This document shows, one piece after another, positions 52,878-60,655 of a DNA stretch of 64,000 nucleotides. Each line of letters begins with the position of its first letter. Position 1 is the stretch's first letter. The stretch covers positions 157,383 to 221,382 of the forward strand of contig CAJMPQ010000001.1 of assembly GCA_905215335.1 (NCBI GenBank). Reading direction: 5' to 3'. Made by a program: the position numbers and the translations under genes. The DNA comes from an uncultured bacterium (GTDB taxonomy: Bacteria > Cyanobacteriota > Vampirovibrionia > Gastranaerophilales > Gastranaerophilaceae). Under the pieces are notes generated by a model. That model was not told where the DNA came from and made no database searches. It saw nothing but the letters and a program-made list of their open reading frames with translations.

Positions 52878-54905
52878 ATGCTTATACAAAACATCTTTTC
52901 AACAAATAATTACAATAACAACTCTCTCAATAATACTCATTTAAAAAAAACAAATCCATATTTTACAGGAAACATAACAAAAGAAATTCAACTAACTCAA
53001 AAAGAATTGCAACAAGTTTCTGTAATTTCTGAATGGTATGACAAAATTTCAAAGATATTTACATCGCTAAGCAGCGGTCTTTACCAAAATAAATTTAAAT
53101 CGCTATACCCTAATTTAGTTAGCGGAGAAAAAATAAAGGGTTTTGTCTTTAATTCTTTCAAAGAATTAAAAAATAAAAACCTGCAAATTGTAAAATTTAA
53201 TACTAAGGAAAATAGTGATGAACTTTTAACATTCAGCATTTTGGATAAAAATAATAAAAATCTACTAAGATACAGAATAAATAAACTTGGAAAAGCTATT
53301 ATATCAGCAGATGAAGAAAACCTTTCCCAATTATCAATAAATCCATTTCAAAAAAATACAACTATTGATTATGATAAATTTCTAACTTCTTTCCAAAAAG
53401 AAGTTGAGAATTTAGGATTTTATTCTGAAAACTTCAAAGATATACACAGAAAAACCTTCGGAAGAGCAAGTGTTGACTTCACTCAAGCTTTTTCAGAAGT
53501 GAAATCCTTACAAAAAAGTTCTGGAATTAATATCAAAGATATTTCAAACATAACCAATAATTATGCAAGCTTAAATCAAGTAATAAATGCAAATAACGGA
53601 AAAGATGCACTAGCTTTAAAACAAGCGTATTTTAATTACATGAGCGCAAAAACTAAAGGGCTTATATTTAAAAACTTATTAGGAGAAAAAACTGTTGCCT
53701 ACTGTCCATTACAAAGTAAAGATGACAATAGAGTATTCAAAATAACCATACACAATTCGAATAATGAATTGGAAAATGCATTTGTTATATTCGCAGATGG
53801 GAGAATTGCAAAACAAAAAATTCTATCTGCCGAAACTAACGCATTCCGCCCAAATAATTTAACATATATATCTGATGAAGAAATTAATAATTTTGAAATT
53901 CCTAAGATTTTTACCGCATTAAATGATGAATTTGAAAAATTTAAAACATTTATAATTGATACCAGAAATTCTAAAATTCAAAACAAAATAGAAGCAAAAG
54001 AAACTAAACAAAAAGAAAAACGCCAAGCTCAAAAACTAGAAAAGCAAGAAAAACAAGAACTTAAACGTCAGGAAAAAGAAAAAATAAAGAGTGAAAAAGA
54101 AGCACAAAAACAAGAACAATTAAAAATAAAACAAGAAATTAAAGAACTAAAAGAACAGCAAAAAAATGCAAAAATCGAACAAAAACGTCTTGCAATAGAA
54201 GAAAAACAAAAACAAGCAACCTTAAAAGCGCAAGCAAAAGCAATAAAAATTGCTCAAAAAATTATGAAGCAAGAAGAAATACAACTTAATAAGTTTATAA
54301 AAAAACTCGCTAAAATAAAAAAACAACAAGCAATACTCGAAGTACCAAATATATCAAAAAGAACAAATACAACAAGATATAGAAATCTATTACTTAAAAA
54401 CCTTTCAAAATCACTAAACGAATTATTTAATTTACCAATTGAGCAACGCAGTCCTCATCTAATCCACGAAAAATTACCAAACGGAAATATATTTGTCGGA
54501 AGATGTTCTTTCAAAGCCTCAGATGGTGCTTACATAACTGTATCAAGAATAAAATCACCTAAATATGTTGATTTTACTTATTACTCAATAAAGGCAGAAA
54601 AAGATGGAAAAGAATTAATTTTCAATCTTGATCCTGAAACTTCTAAAATAATAAATTCAAAAAATGGAAAACCTATTATCAATAAACAGGCTATAATTAG
54701 TTACATCAGCAAAGATGACTATTTACAACAAAATCCTGATGCCATAAATCTTCCAATGTACATAAAAGAATTATTTAACAATAAGCCATCAGCAAAAAGA
54801 AAAATAATTGATCTAAAACCTACACTCCAGCAAAATATCTTGACTGAAAAAGAGAAGGCCATTCAAAAAGCTTTAAATGACATTGAAGATTTAGATGAGA
54901 TTTAA
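52878..54905 (+). CDS. Hypothetical protein (675 aa) with the leader-like N-terminus, three similar beta-rich modules and a central K/E/Q-rich coiled coil
   Basis: MLIQNIFSTNNYNNNSLNNTHLKKTNPYFTGN.... The central stretch KETKQKEKRQAQKLEKQEKQELKRQEKEKIKSEKEAQKQEQLKIKQEIKELKEQQKN... is charged low complexity. No family recognised. Confidence 0.7.
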   Translation: MLIQNIFSTNNYNNNSLNNTHLKKTNPYFTGNITKEIQLTQKELQQVSVISEWYDKISKIFTSLSSGLYQNKFKSLYPNLVSGEKIKGFVFNSFKELKNKNLQIVKFNTKENSDELLTFSILDKNNKNLLRYRINKLGKAIISADEENLSQLSINPFQKNTTIDYDKFLTSFQKEVENLGFYSENFKDIHRKTFGRASVDFTQAFSEVKSLQKSSGINIKDISNITNNYASLNQVINANNGKDALALKQAYFNYMSAKTKGLIFKNLLGEKTVAYCPLQSKDDNRVFKITIHNSNNELENAFVIFADGRIAKQKILSAETNAFRPNNLTYISDEEINNFEIPKIFTALNDEFEKFKTFIIDTRNSKIQNKIEAKETKQKEKRQAQKLEKQEKQELKRQEKEKIKSEKEAQKQEQLKIKQEIKELKEQQKNAKIEQKRLAIEEKQKQATLKAQAKAIKIAQKIMKQEEIQLNKFIKKLAKIKKQQAILEVPNISKRTNTTRYRNLLLKNLSKSLNELFNLPIEQRSPHLIHEKLPNGNIFVGRCSFKASDGAYITVSRIKSPKYVDFTYYSIKAEKDGKELIFNLDPETSKIINSKNGKPIINKQAIISYISKDDYLQQNPDAINLPMYIKELFNNKPSAKRKIIDLKPTLQQNILTEKEKAIQKALNDIEDLDEI

Positions 54906-54911
54906 TTTCAA

Positions 54912-56162
54912 TTATTTTTCAGTTGAAAATGAATAAATAATTTCTCTATTAAATTCTTCGTTAGGTTTTAAAATACCTTTTTCTTCAAAGCTTTCAACAT
55001 TAATAGCATTTGGATAGAATTGAGGTTCAACACAGAAGGAAGAACGTTTTTCATATCTTGAACCATCTTTTCCATTTGGCTGAGTAGATTTACCTAAATG
55101 ATTTGCTGTATAGAACTGAAATCCCGGTAAATTAGTTGAAACTTTAAGATTAATTCCTGTTTTTGGAGATTTTACATTTGCAACTTCAACTAAAGTTTTA
55201 CCGTCATAATTATCTACACAATAATTTTGATCAAATCCGGAACCAATTTTCATCTGTTCGTGATCGGAATTAATTACATCACCTATCTTCTTTGGTGTTC
55301 TAAAATCAAAAGGCGTATTATCAACTTTAGAAATTTCACCTGTAGGAACAGCTATTTCGCTATTCACAGTATATGATGATGAATTCGGAAGAGTCACAAC
55401 ATGTTCATACACTGAATTTTCTTGGGTATATTCTGCACCATCAAGATTGAAATATGTATGATTTGTCATATTTACAATAGTATCTTTATCAGTCTTAGCC
55501 TTATACTGAATATGTAAATTGTTATCATTATCAAACTTATAAATAACACTTGCTTTTACATTTCCGGGATAACCACTTTCCATATCTTTCTTTTCATAAG
55601 TGAATTCTATCCCATCTTTTAAAACATTAGCTTTCCAATTCTTTGTATCAAATCCTTGAGTTCCGCCGTGAGAATGTGTTTTTCCATTATCTTTATTACA
55701 TTCTAGGGAATATTCATTATCTCCTAAAGTAAATTTTCCGTTATTAATTTTATTTGCATAAGGCCCAATAGTTCCACCAGCATGCCCAACCGGCGATTCT
55801 TCGTAAGGAGTAACACTATCATAACCTTGTGTTACATCTTTTAATTTCCCATCTTTATCAGGAACTTTAATTGATGTTATTGTTGCTCCATAAGTTGATA
55901 AATCAACACTTGCACCATTTTTATTGGTTATAGTATATAAAGTTGCATCTTCGCCTGATTTTTTTATTTTACCAAAAGACTTTTGCTCAATTTTAATCCC
56001 ATCATAATTTGAATCAATTTTCTTATCATCAACTTTAACGCTTTTAGTAAAAGTATCTTGAATTGGTTGATTTGCTATATAAACCTGATTATTAGATACT
56101 CTTTGAGCTACAGGACTACTAAAGTTAGTAAACATTACGTGTGGATTAAAATCTATAGGCAT
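54912..56162 (-). CDS. galM: Aldose 1-epimerase (galactose mutarotase) with a roughly 60-aa N-terminal extension
   Basis: HGGTQGFDTKNW, TNHTYFNLDG and FCVEPQ motifs of the mutarotase family. AAGGAG SD at the 416-aa start. The extension is MPIDFNPHVMFTNFSSPVAQRVSNNQVYIANQPIQDTFTKS... Confidence 0.85.
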   Translation of the reverse strand: MPIDFNPHVMFTNFSSPVAQRVSNNQVYIANQPIQDTFTKSVKVDDKKIDSNYDGIKIEQKSFGKIKKSGEDATLYTITNKNGASVDLSTYGATITSIKVPDKDGKLKDVTQGYDSVTPYEESPVGHAGGTIGPYANKINNGKFTLGDNEYSLECNKDNGKTHSHGGTQGFDTKNWKANVLKDGIEFTYEKKDMESGYPGNVKASVIYKFDNDNNLHIQYKAKTDKDTIVNMTNHTYFNLDGAEYTQENSVYEHVVTLPNSSSYTVNSEIAVPTGEISKVDNTPFDFRTPKKIGDVINSDHEQMKIGSGFDQNYCVDNYDGKTLVEVANVKSPKTGINLKVSTNLPGFQFYTANHLGKSTQPNGKDGSRYEKRSSFCVEPQFYPNAINVESFEEKGILKPNEEFNREIIYSFSTEK

Positions 56163-56236
56163 AAATTATACTCCTTTTTTTTTTGATTATAAATAAAAAA
56201 AACAAATGTATAAATAATTGCCTAAAAAATTTTAAA

Positions 56237-57307
56237 TTAATACAAACTTTTACTATTGTTATAATTTTTTTTCAATTCTTCTAAACTATCGCCACCAAAT
56301 TTCAATAAAATTTCATTTACTAAAACCCAAGCAATACGAGATTCGGCAACAATAGCACAAGCTTCAACTGCACACACATCTGAACGTTCAAAATGAGCCT
56401 CTGTCGGTTGATGAGTCTTATTATCTACTGATTTTAATGGAGTTTTCATTGTAGGGATTGGTTTCATAACTGCAGAAACAACTAAATCTTGACCATTAGT
56501 CATTCCACCTTCAACACCACCTGCATTATTTGATGTCCTTGCGATTTCTCCATTTTCCAAAACAATCTCATCATGATAATTGCTTCCGTAATATCCCAAT
56601 GGATTTGTACCAATTTCAACAACTTTTATCGCAGGAATACTCATTACAGCTTGAGCTAAACGGCCATCAATTCCTCTATCCCAGTGAACATGTGAACCTA
56701 ACCCAATTGGTAAATTTTTGTATAAAACAACAAATTTACCACCAACAGAATCACCTTTTTCTCTTGTTAAATCAATTTCTTCATGGAATTTTTCAGGACA
56801 ACAAGCCGTTCCAATTTGAGTAACTTCAGAAGAACAAGTTATATCAAATTGTTTTAAAATCAATTTAGCAATAGCACCAACCGCAACCTCAATTGCTGTT
56901 TTTCTTGCACTTGAACGCTCTAAAACATTTCTTAAATCATGTTGAGCATATTTTATGCTACCTGCCAAATCAGCATGCCCCGGACGAAAAGTTGAAAATT
57001 CTTTCTCATCAGTTATATCTTCTGGCGCTATACTCATTATTTTTTTCCAACTTTCAAAATCACGATTTTGAATAACTAAAGTAATTGGAGAACCTATAGT
57101 TTTACCAAATCTAACACCTGATGTAATTTCAACAGTATCATTCTCAATTTTCATTCTGCCACCGCGACCATAACCTTGTTGACGGCGTTTCAATTCATTA
57201 TTAATAAAATCAATATCAATTTCTAGACCTGACGGAACACCTTCAATAATAGCTGTTAAACATTTGCCGTGACTTTCACCTGATGTTAAAAATCTAAATT
57301 TCTCCAT
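56237..57307 (-). CDS. aroC: Chorismate synthase
   Basis: FRFLTSGESHGKCLTAIIEGVPSGL....RRQQGYGRGGRM..E.D.VEI.SGVR.G.T.GSPI...RPGHAD...K......R...ERSSAR.TA: a full-length pattern. 356 aa. Confidence 0.95.
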   Translation of the reverse strand: MEKFRFLTSGESHGKCLTAIIEGVPSGLEIDIDFINNELKRRQQGYGRGGRMKIENDTVEITSGVRFGKTIGSPITLVIQNRDFESWKKIMSIAPEDITDEKEFSTFRPGHADLAGSIKYAQHDLRNVLERSSARKTAIEVAVGAIAKLILKQFDITCSSEVTQIGTACCPEKFHEEIDLTREKGDSVGGKFVVLYKNLPIGLGSHVHWDRGIDGRLAQAVMSIPAIKVVEIGTNPLGYYGSNYHDEIVLENGEIARTSNNAGGVEGGMTNGQDLVVSAVMKPIPTMKTPLKSVDNKTHQPTEAHFERSDVCAVEACAIVAESRIAWVLVNEILLKFGGDSLEELKKNYNNSKSLY

Positions 57308-57316
57308 TTTGCACCC

Positions 57317-57784
57317 TTATTTTTGTAATTTTAAAAATGTTTGAACTTTTGTTTGCATCATTTCTTCAGTAATTTTTAACCCTGACTCTGTAGGTTGAAC
57401 TATTTGATACATCTTTAACCAATAAGTTTCTTTTGATGGTTGTCTTTCCGCACTAATTTTTATACCGTTTGGAACTTCTTGAGCAATGATGTTTCTATAC
57501 GTATTTTTATACTTTCTAAGTTTAGCAGTTTTTTGACCTAATTTCAATTCATGAAAAAATTTTTTAGTAGGAACATTCACTGATACAGTCTCACCTGAAG
57601 GCTTTACAACTTCTCTAATAATCTTTGCATCCGGTGAATACATATTCAATAACTTTGCATCATAATTATTCGCATAAGTTGTATATAAATCAAAAAAATT
57701 CATTCCGTCTTTTGGCGTTTCCGCATATACATCCGAAAATGTTAATATCATCCCAATTATAGGTATCAAATATTTAAATTTCAT
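57317..57784 (-). CDS. Secreted hypothetical protein (155 aa)
   Basis: ATG 57784 has GGAGGG upstream. Signal peptide MKFKYLIPIIGMILTFSDVYA. It lies 9 nt upstream of aroC on the same strand. Confidence 0.6.
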   Translation of the reverse strand: MKFKYLIPIIGMILTFSDVYAETPKDGMNFFDLYTTYANNYDAKLLNMYSPDAKIIREVVKPSGETVSVNVPTKKFFHELKLGQKTAKLRKYKNTYRNIIAQEVPNGIKISAERQPSKETYWLKMYQIVQPTESGLKITEEMMQTKVQTFLKLQK

Positions 57785-57882
57785 AAAAATTCCCTCCAAA
57801 GTAAGATTAGAAATATTTATAAAAAATTTCACTACCCAAGAGAGTAGAAAAAATTTATAATTTTATGTAAAATAACCTTGTT

Positions 57883-58269
57883 ATGAAAAGAATTTTAATT
57901 GTCGATGATGTCCCTGGTTGGATAAGATTTCACAAAAATAATATTGAATATCTAAATCTTCCCGACTTAGATATAGATACAGCGAATTCTGCAAATGAAG
58001 CTTTGTCAAAAATTGAAGCTTCCATTGATGAACCTTTCGACATAATTTTCACAGATTTACAAATGGAAAGCAATTATCTACCAATGCTGGCAGGAGAATG
58101 GCTTGTTCAACAAATTAAAACATACAAAGAATATAAAAATAATAAAATAGTTATAGTTTCAGCTTCACCTTCCATACAAAGAATTGCGGAAAGAAATGAT
58201 GTTTTATATTTACCTAAAACAATTGCTAGAAATTCTGATGCTGAAATATATAAACAATTTCTTAACTAA
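57883..58269 (+). CDS. Stand-alone response-regulator receiver (CheY-like) domain protein
   Basis: RILIVDDVPGW (acidic pocket), IIFTDLQM (phospho-acceptor Asp), SASPS and YLPK (conserved Lys). 128 aa with no output domain. Confidence 0.7.
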   Translation: MKRILIVDDVPGWIRFHKNNIEYLNLPDLDIDTANSANEALSKIEASIDEPFDIIFTDLQMESNYLPMLAGEWLVQQIKTYKEYKNNKIVIVSASPSIQRIAERNDVLYLPKTIARNSDAEIYKQFLN

Positions 58270-59023
58270 CTGCTAATATTTGAGATAGCTTTTTATAATA
58301 TTCTGAAGTAAAACCATCCATTCCATCTAAAAACTTAACAGCATCCAAATTGCCGCCACCTCGACCAATACCATCTAAGGTTATATCAACAGAATATGCA
58401 CCTAATTCTATCGCTTTTAAAGTGTTTTCAAAAGCCAATCCTGAAGTATTATGCCCATGAAAACTAACTCTATTGTATCCAATTGATTTTAATTTGTTAA
58501 AATACAACTCTAATTCTTCTGAAGATATAGTTCCATAAGTATCTGCAATATAAACTGTTTCAAATAATTCTTTATTTTCCCAAGACTCCAATATTGAATA
58601 TTCAGCCTCAGACACATTTGAAAAATCCATAAGTTGAAGCAACACACTATATCCACGATTGTACAATTCTTGTGAAATATTTAAAGTTTCTTCAATCCTA
58701 TCAGGTCGACAAGCTATTCTCACAAAATCAATATAATCATCATTTGCATTCGGAAAATCTTCTAATGCAAAACGTTTTGTATCAGTCATTACACCCAATT
58801 TTAATGAGCCTTTTTTAGAATAAAATTCTTTTAATAAACTAGGAGTACATTTATAGAAAGTCCCTTTATCTTGGTTATCAAAATGATTGCGATAACCAAT
58901 TTCATAAAAACTAATTTTTGAATTATTCTGACATGCCATTAAGTCAAAGATGAAATCTTTACTAAAATTCCAATTGAGACAATGACCGCCATCTCTTGTT
59001 GTACAATCTAATATTTTTACCAT
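58262..59023 (-). CDS. HMGL-like aldolase/pyruvate carboxyltransferase-domain protein (short, 253 aa)
   Basis: MVKILDCTTRDGGH (canonical DxxxRDG), VSFHGHNTSGLAFENT (HxH) and GIGRGGGN. The track start at 59029 is a TTG; ATG lies at 59023. The 3' end overlaps the convergent receiver gene by 8 nt. Confidence 0.7.
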   Translation of the reverse strand: MVKILDCTTRDGGHCLNWNFSKDFIFDLMACQNNSKISFYEIGYRNHFDNQDKGTFYKCTPSLLKEFYSKKGSLKLGVMTDTKRFALEDFPNANDDYIDFVRIACRPDRIEETLNISQELYNRGYSVLLQLMDFSNVSEAEYSILESWENKELFETVYIADTYGTISSEELELYFNKLKSIGYNRVSFHGHNTSGLAFENTLKAIELGAYSVDITLDGIGRGGGNLDAVKFLDGMDGFTSEYYKKLSQILAVS

Positions 59024-59134
59024 AGTCAAATATTATCATAAAAAATAGCTAATATAACAATATACAATTATCATCATGGATAATTTATTTTTAAATTTAA
59101 TATCCTAACATGATTTTGTCGAGAGGAGATTTCA

Positions 59135-59992
59135 ATGAAAAGTAATATTTACCAATCAGAAGTTATTAACATGATAGCCTTGAACAATTTATTTATCGAA
59201 TTAACAGGGAAATACTGTAATCAACATTGTAAACACTGTTACATAGATTTTCCACAATATAAAAAAGTCGAAGATTTTATAGATATAGACCTCATAAAAG
59301 AAACTCTTAATGATACTATGCAAGAGCCAATACAATGCATTTATCTAACAGGAGCAGAACCAATGACACATCCTGATTTTAATTCAATTTTAAGATTGTG
59401 CCTAAAACGTTCTAACGTATGTATCTGTACAAATGGTTCTTTTATCAATGAAAAGAAAGCAAGATTTCTAAAAAAGGTTGAAGATGAATCCAATAACGAA
59501 ATTATATTCAAAATCAGCATTGATCACTACGAAGAAATTAAAAACGATGATATAAGATATCGCGGAGCATTTAGACAAGCTGTATTTGCCATAAAACATT
59601 TAATTAAATATAATTTTAATCCAATAATTTCAGTAACAAATTACTACCACGAAGAACAGAATCAATTACTAGAAGGTTTTCAAACTTTATTTGAGAAAAA
59701 TAAATTTGATTTAGATACCACAAATATTCAAATTTCTGAGTGGCACGACAAAAATGCTAAATTTGAAGGAGAAATCCAAGGGACATGGCAAAAACTAGAT
59801 TGCGAATGCGGTAGAATTCTAACCTCACAAGGAATTTACACTTGTCCATTTTTAGCAAATGATTATAGGGGTAGATGCGGCAGCAATTTTAGAGATTATA
59901 CAAAAAAAAGTATGCTAGAAACCAGCTATTGCAACACTTGTGTAAAATCTAAATCCCAAATTTTTGGCATAGATTTTTCTAAATTTGAATAA
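59135..59992 (+). CDS. Radical SAM enzyme with a Cys-rich (SPASM/twitch-like) C-terminus
   Basis: LTGKYCNQHCKHCY (CxxxCxxC), LTGAEPMTHPDF (GGE-like motif), and C-terminal CECGR...YTCPFL...RCG...YCNTCVKS. GAGGAG SD. Confidence 0.8.
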   Translation: MKSNIYQSEVINMIALNNLFIELTGKYCNQHCKHCYIDFPQYKKVEDFIDIDLIKETLNDTMQEPIQCIYLTGAEPMTHPDFNSILRLCLKRSNVCICTNGSFINEKKARFLKKVEDESNNEIIFKISIDHYEEIKNDDIRYRGAFRQAVFAIKHLIKYNFNPIISVTNYYHEEQNQLLEGFQTLFEKNKFDLDTTNIQISEWHDKNAKFEGEIQGTWQKLDCECGRILTSQGIYTCPFLANDYRGRCGSNFRDYTKKSMLETSYCNTCVKSKSQIFGIDFSKFE

Positions 59993-60029
59993 AAAAATGG
60001 GTTCTTCAATATCGAAGAACCCATTTTTT
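59991..60029. terminator. Bidirectional rho-independent terminator
   Basis: AAAAAAATGGGTTCTTC-aatatc-GAAGAACCCATTTTTT, between convergent genes ending at 59992 (+) and 60044 (-). Confidence 0.85.
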
Positions 60030-60043
60030 AAAATTATTTTTTA

Positions 60044-60631
60044 TTATTTTTGAGCATATAATTTAACTTTAAAGTTAATCAACAATACTCTTTTATTCTT
60101 TTTATAAGGTACAATCTCTACTGATTGTAAATCCAAGAAGTGTTGGTGTTTGTACATTTCTTTCAAGAAATTGTCGTAATTTGAATAATTACTAATCATT
60201 TCCATATTTAAACGAGCTACATTATACTTATCACCCGCACCACTTACGAAATTATCATCTGATGGATCATAATCATATTTAATAGATCTAACTTTAATCT
60301 GATTAGCTCTAATAAGTTGAAGAATTTCTGCAAATTCACCAGCAATAACAGCTTCAGTATCCATACCTGATTCTATAGGCTTATAGAAAGGTTTATCACC
60401 ATTTTTACTTGCATTTTCTTTTGCCTTTTCCTCAGCTTCTTTTGCTTTATATTGATCTAATTTAGTTTGTTTTTCTTGTAATGTTGCTTTCTTAGTTTCA
60501 ATATCTTGCTTTGTTGCCATATATGTTTGAACATTTGTAACAACTTGAGGACCTAAATATCCTGCTCCACCTAGAGTTACAAATAACAATAATATTGGTA
60601 CTAAAAACGGTTTTAACTTTTCACTATCCAT
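60044..60631 (-). CDS. PilO/GspM-like pilus or secretion-system assembly protein (single TM, coiled coil, globular C-terminus)
   Basis: 195 aa. N-terminal TM FLVPILLLFVTLGGAGYLG, then the coiled coil ATKQDIETKKATLQEKQTKLDQYKAKEAEEKAK. It lies directly downstream of the PilM/N-like gene. The call rests on architecture only. Confidence 0.4.
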   Translation of the reverse strand: MDSEKLKPFLVPILLLFVTLGGAGYLGPQVVTNVQTYMATKQDIETKKATLQEKQTKLDQYKAKEAEEKAKENASKNGDKPFYKPIESGMDTEAVIAGEFAEILQLIRANQIKVRSIKYDYDPSDDNFVSGAGDKYNVARLNMEMISNYSNYDNFLKEMYKHQHFLDLQSVEIVPYKKNKRVLLINFKVKLYAQK

Positions 60632-60655
60632 TTATATTTTCCTTTAAATTATAAA

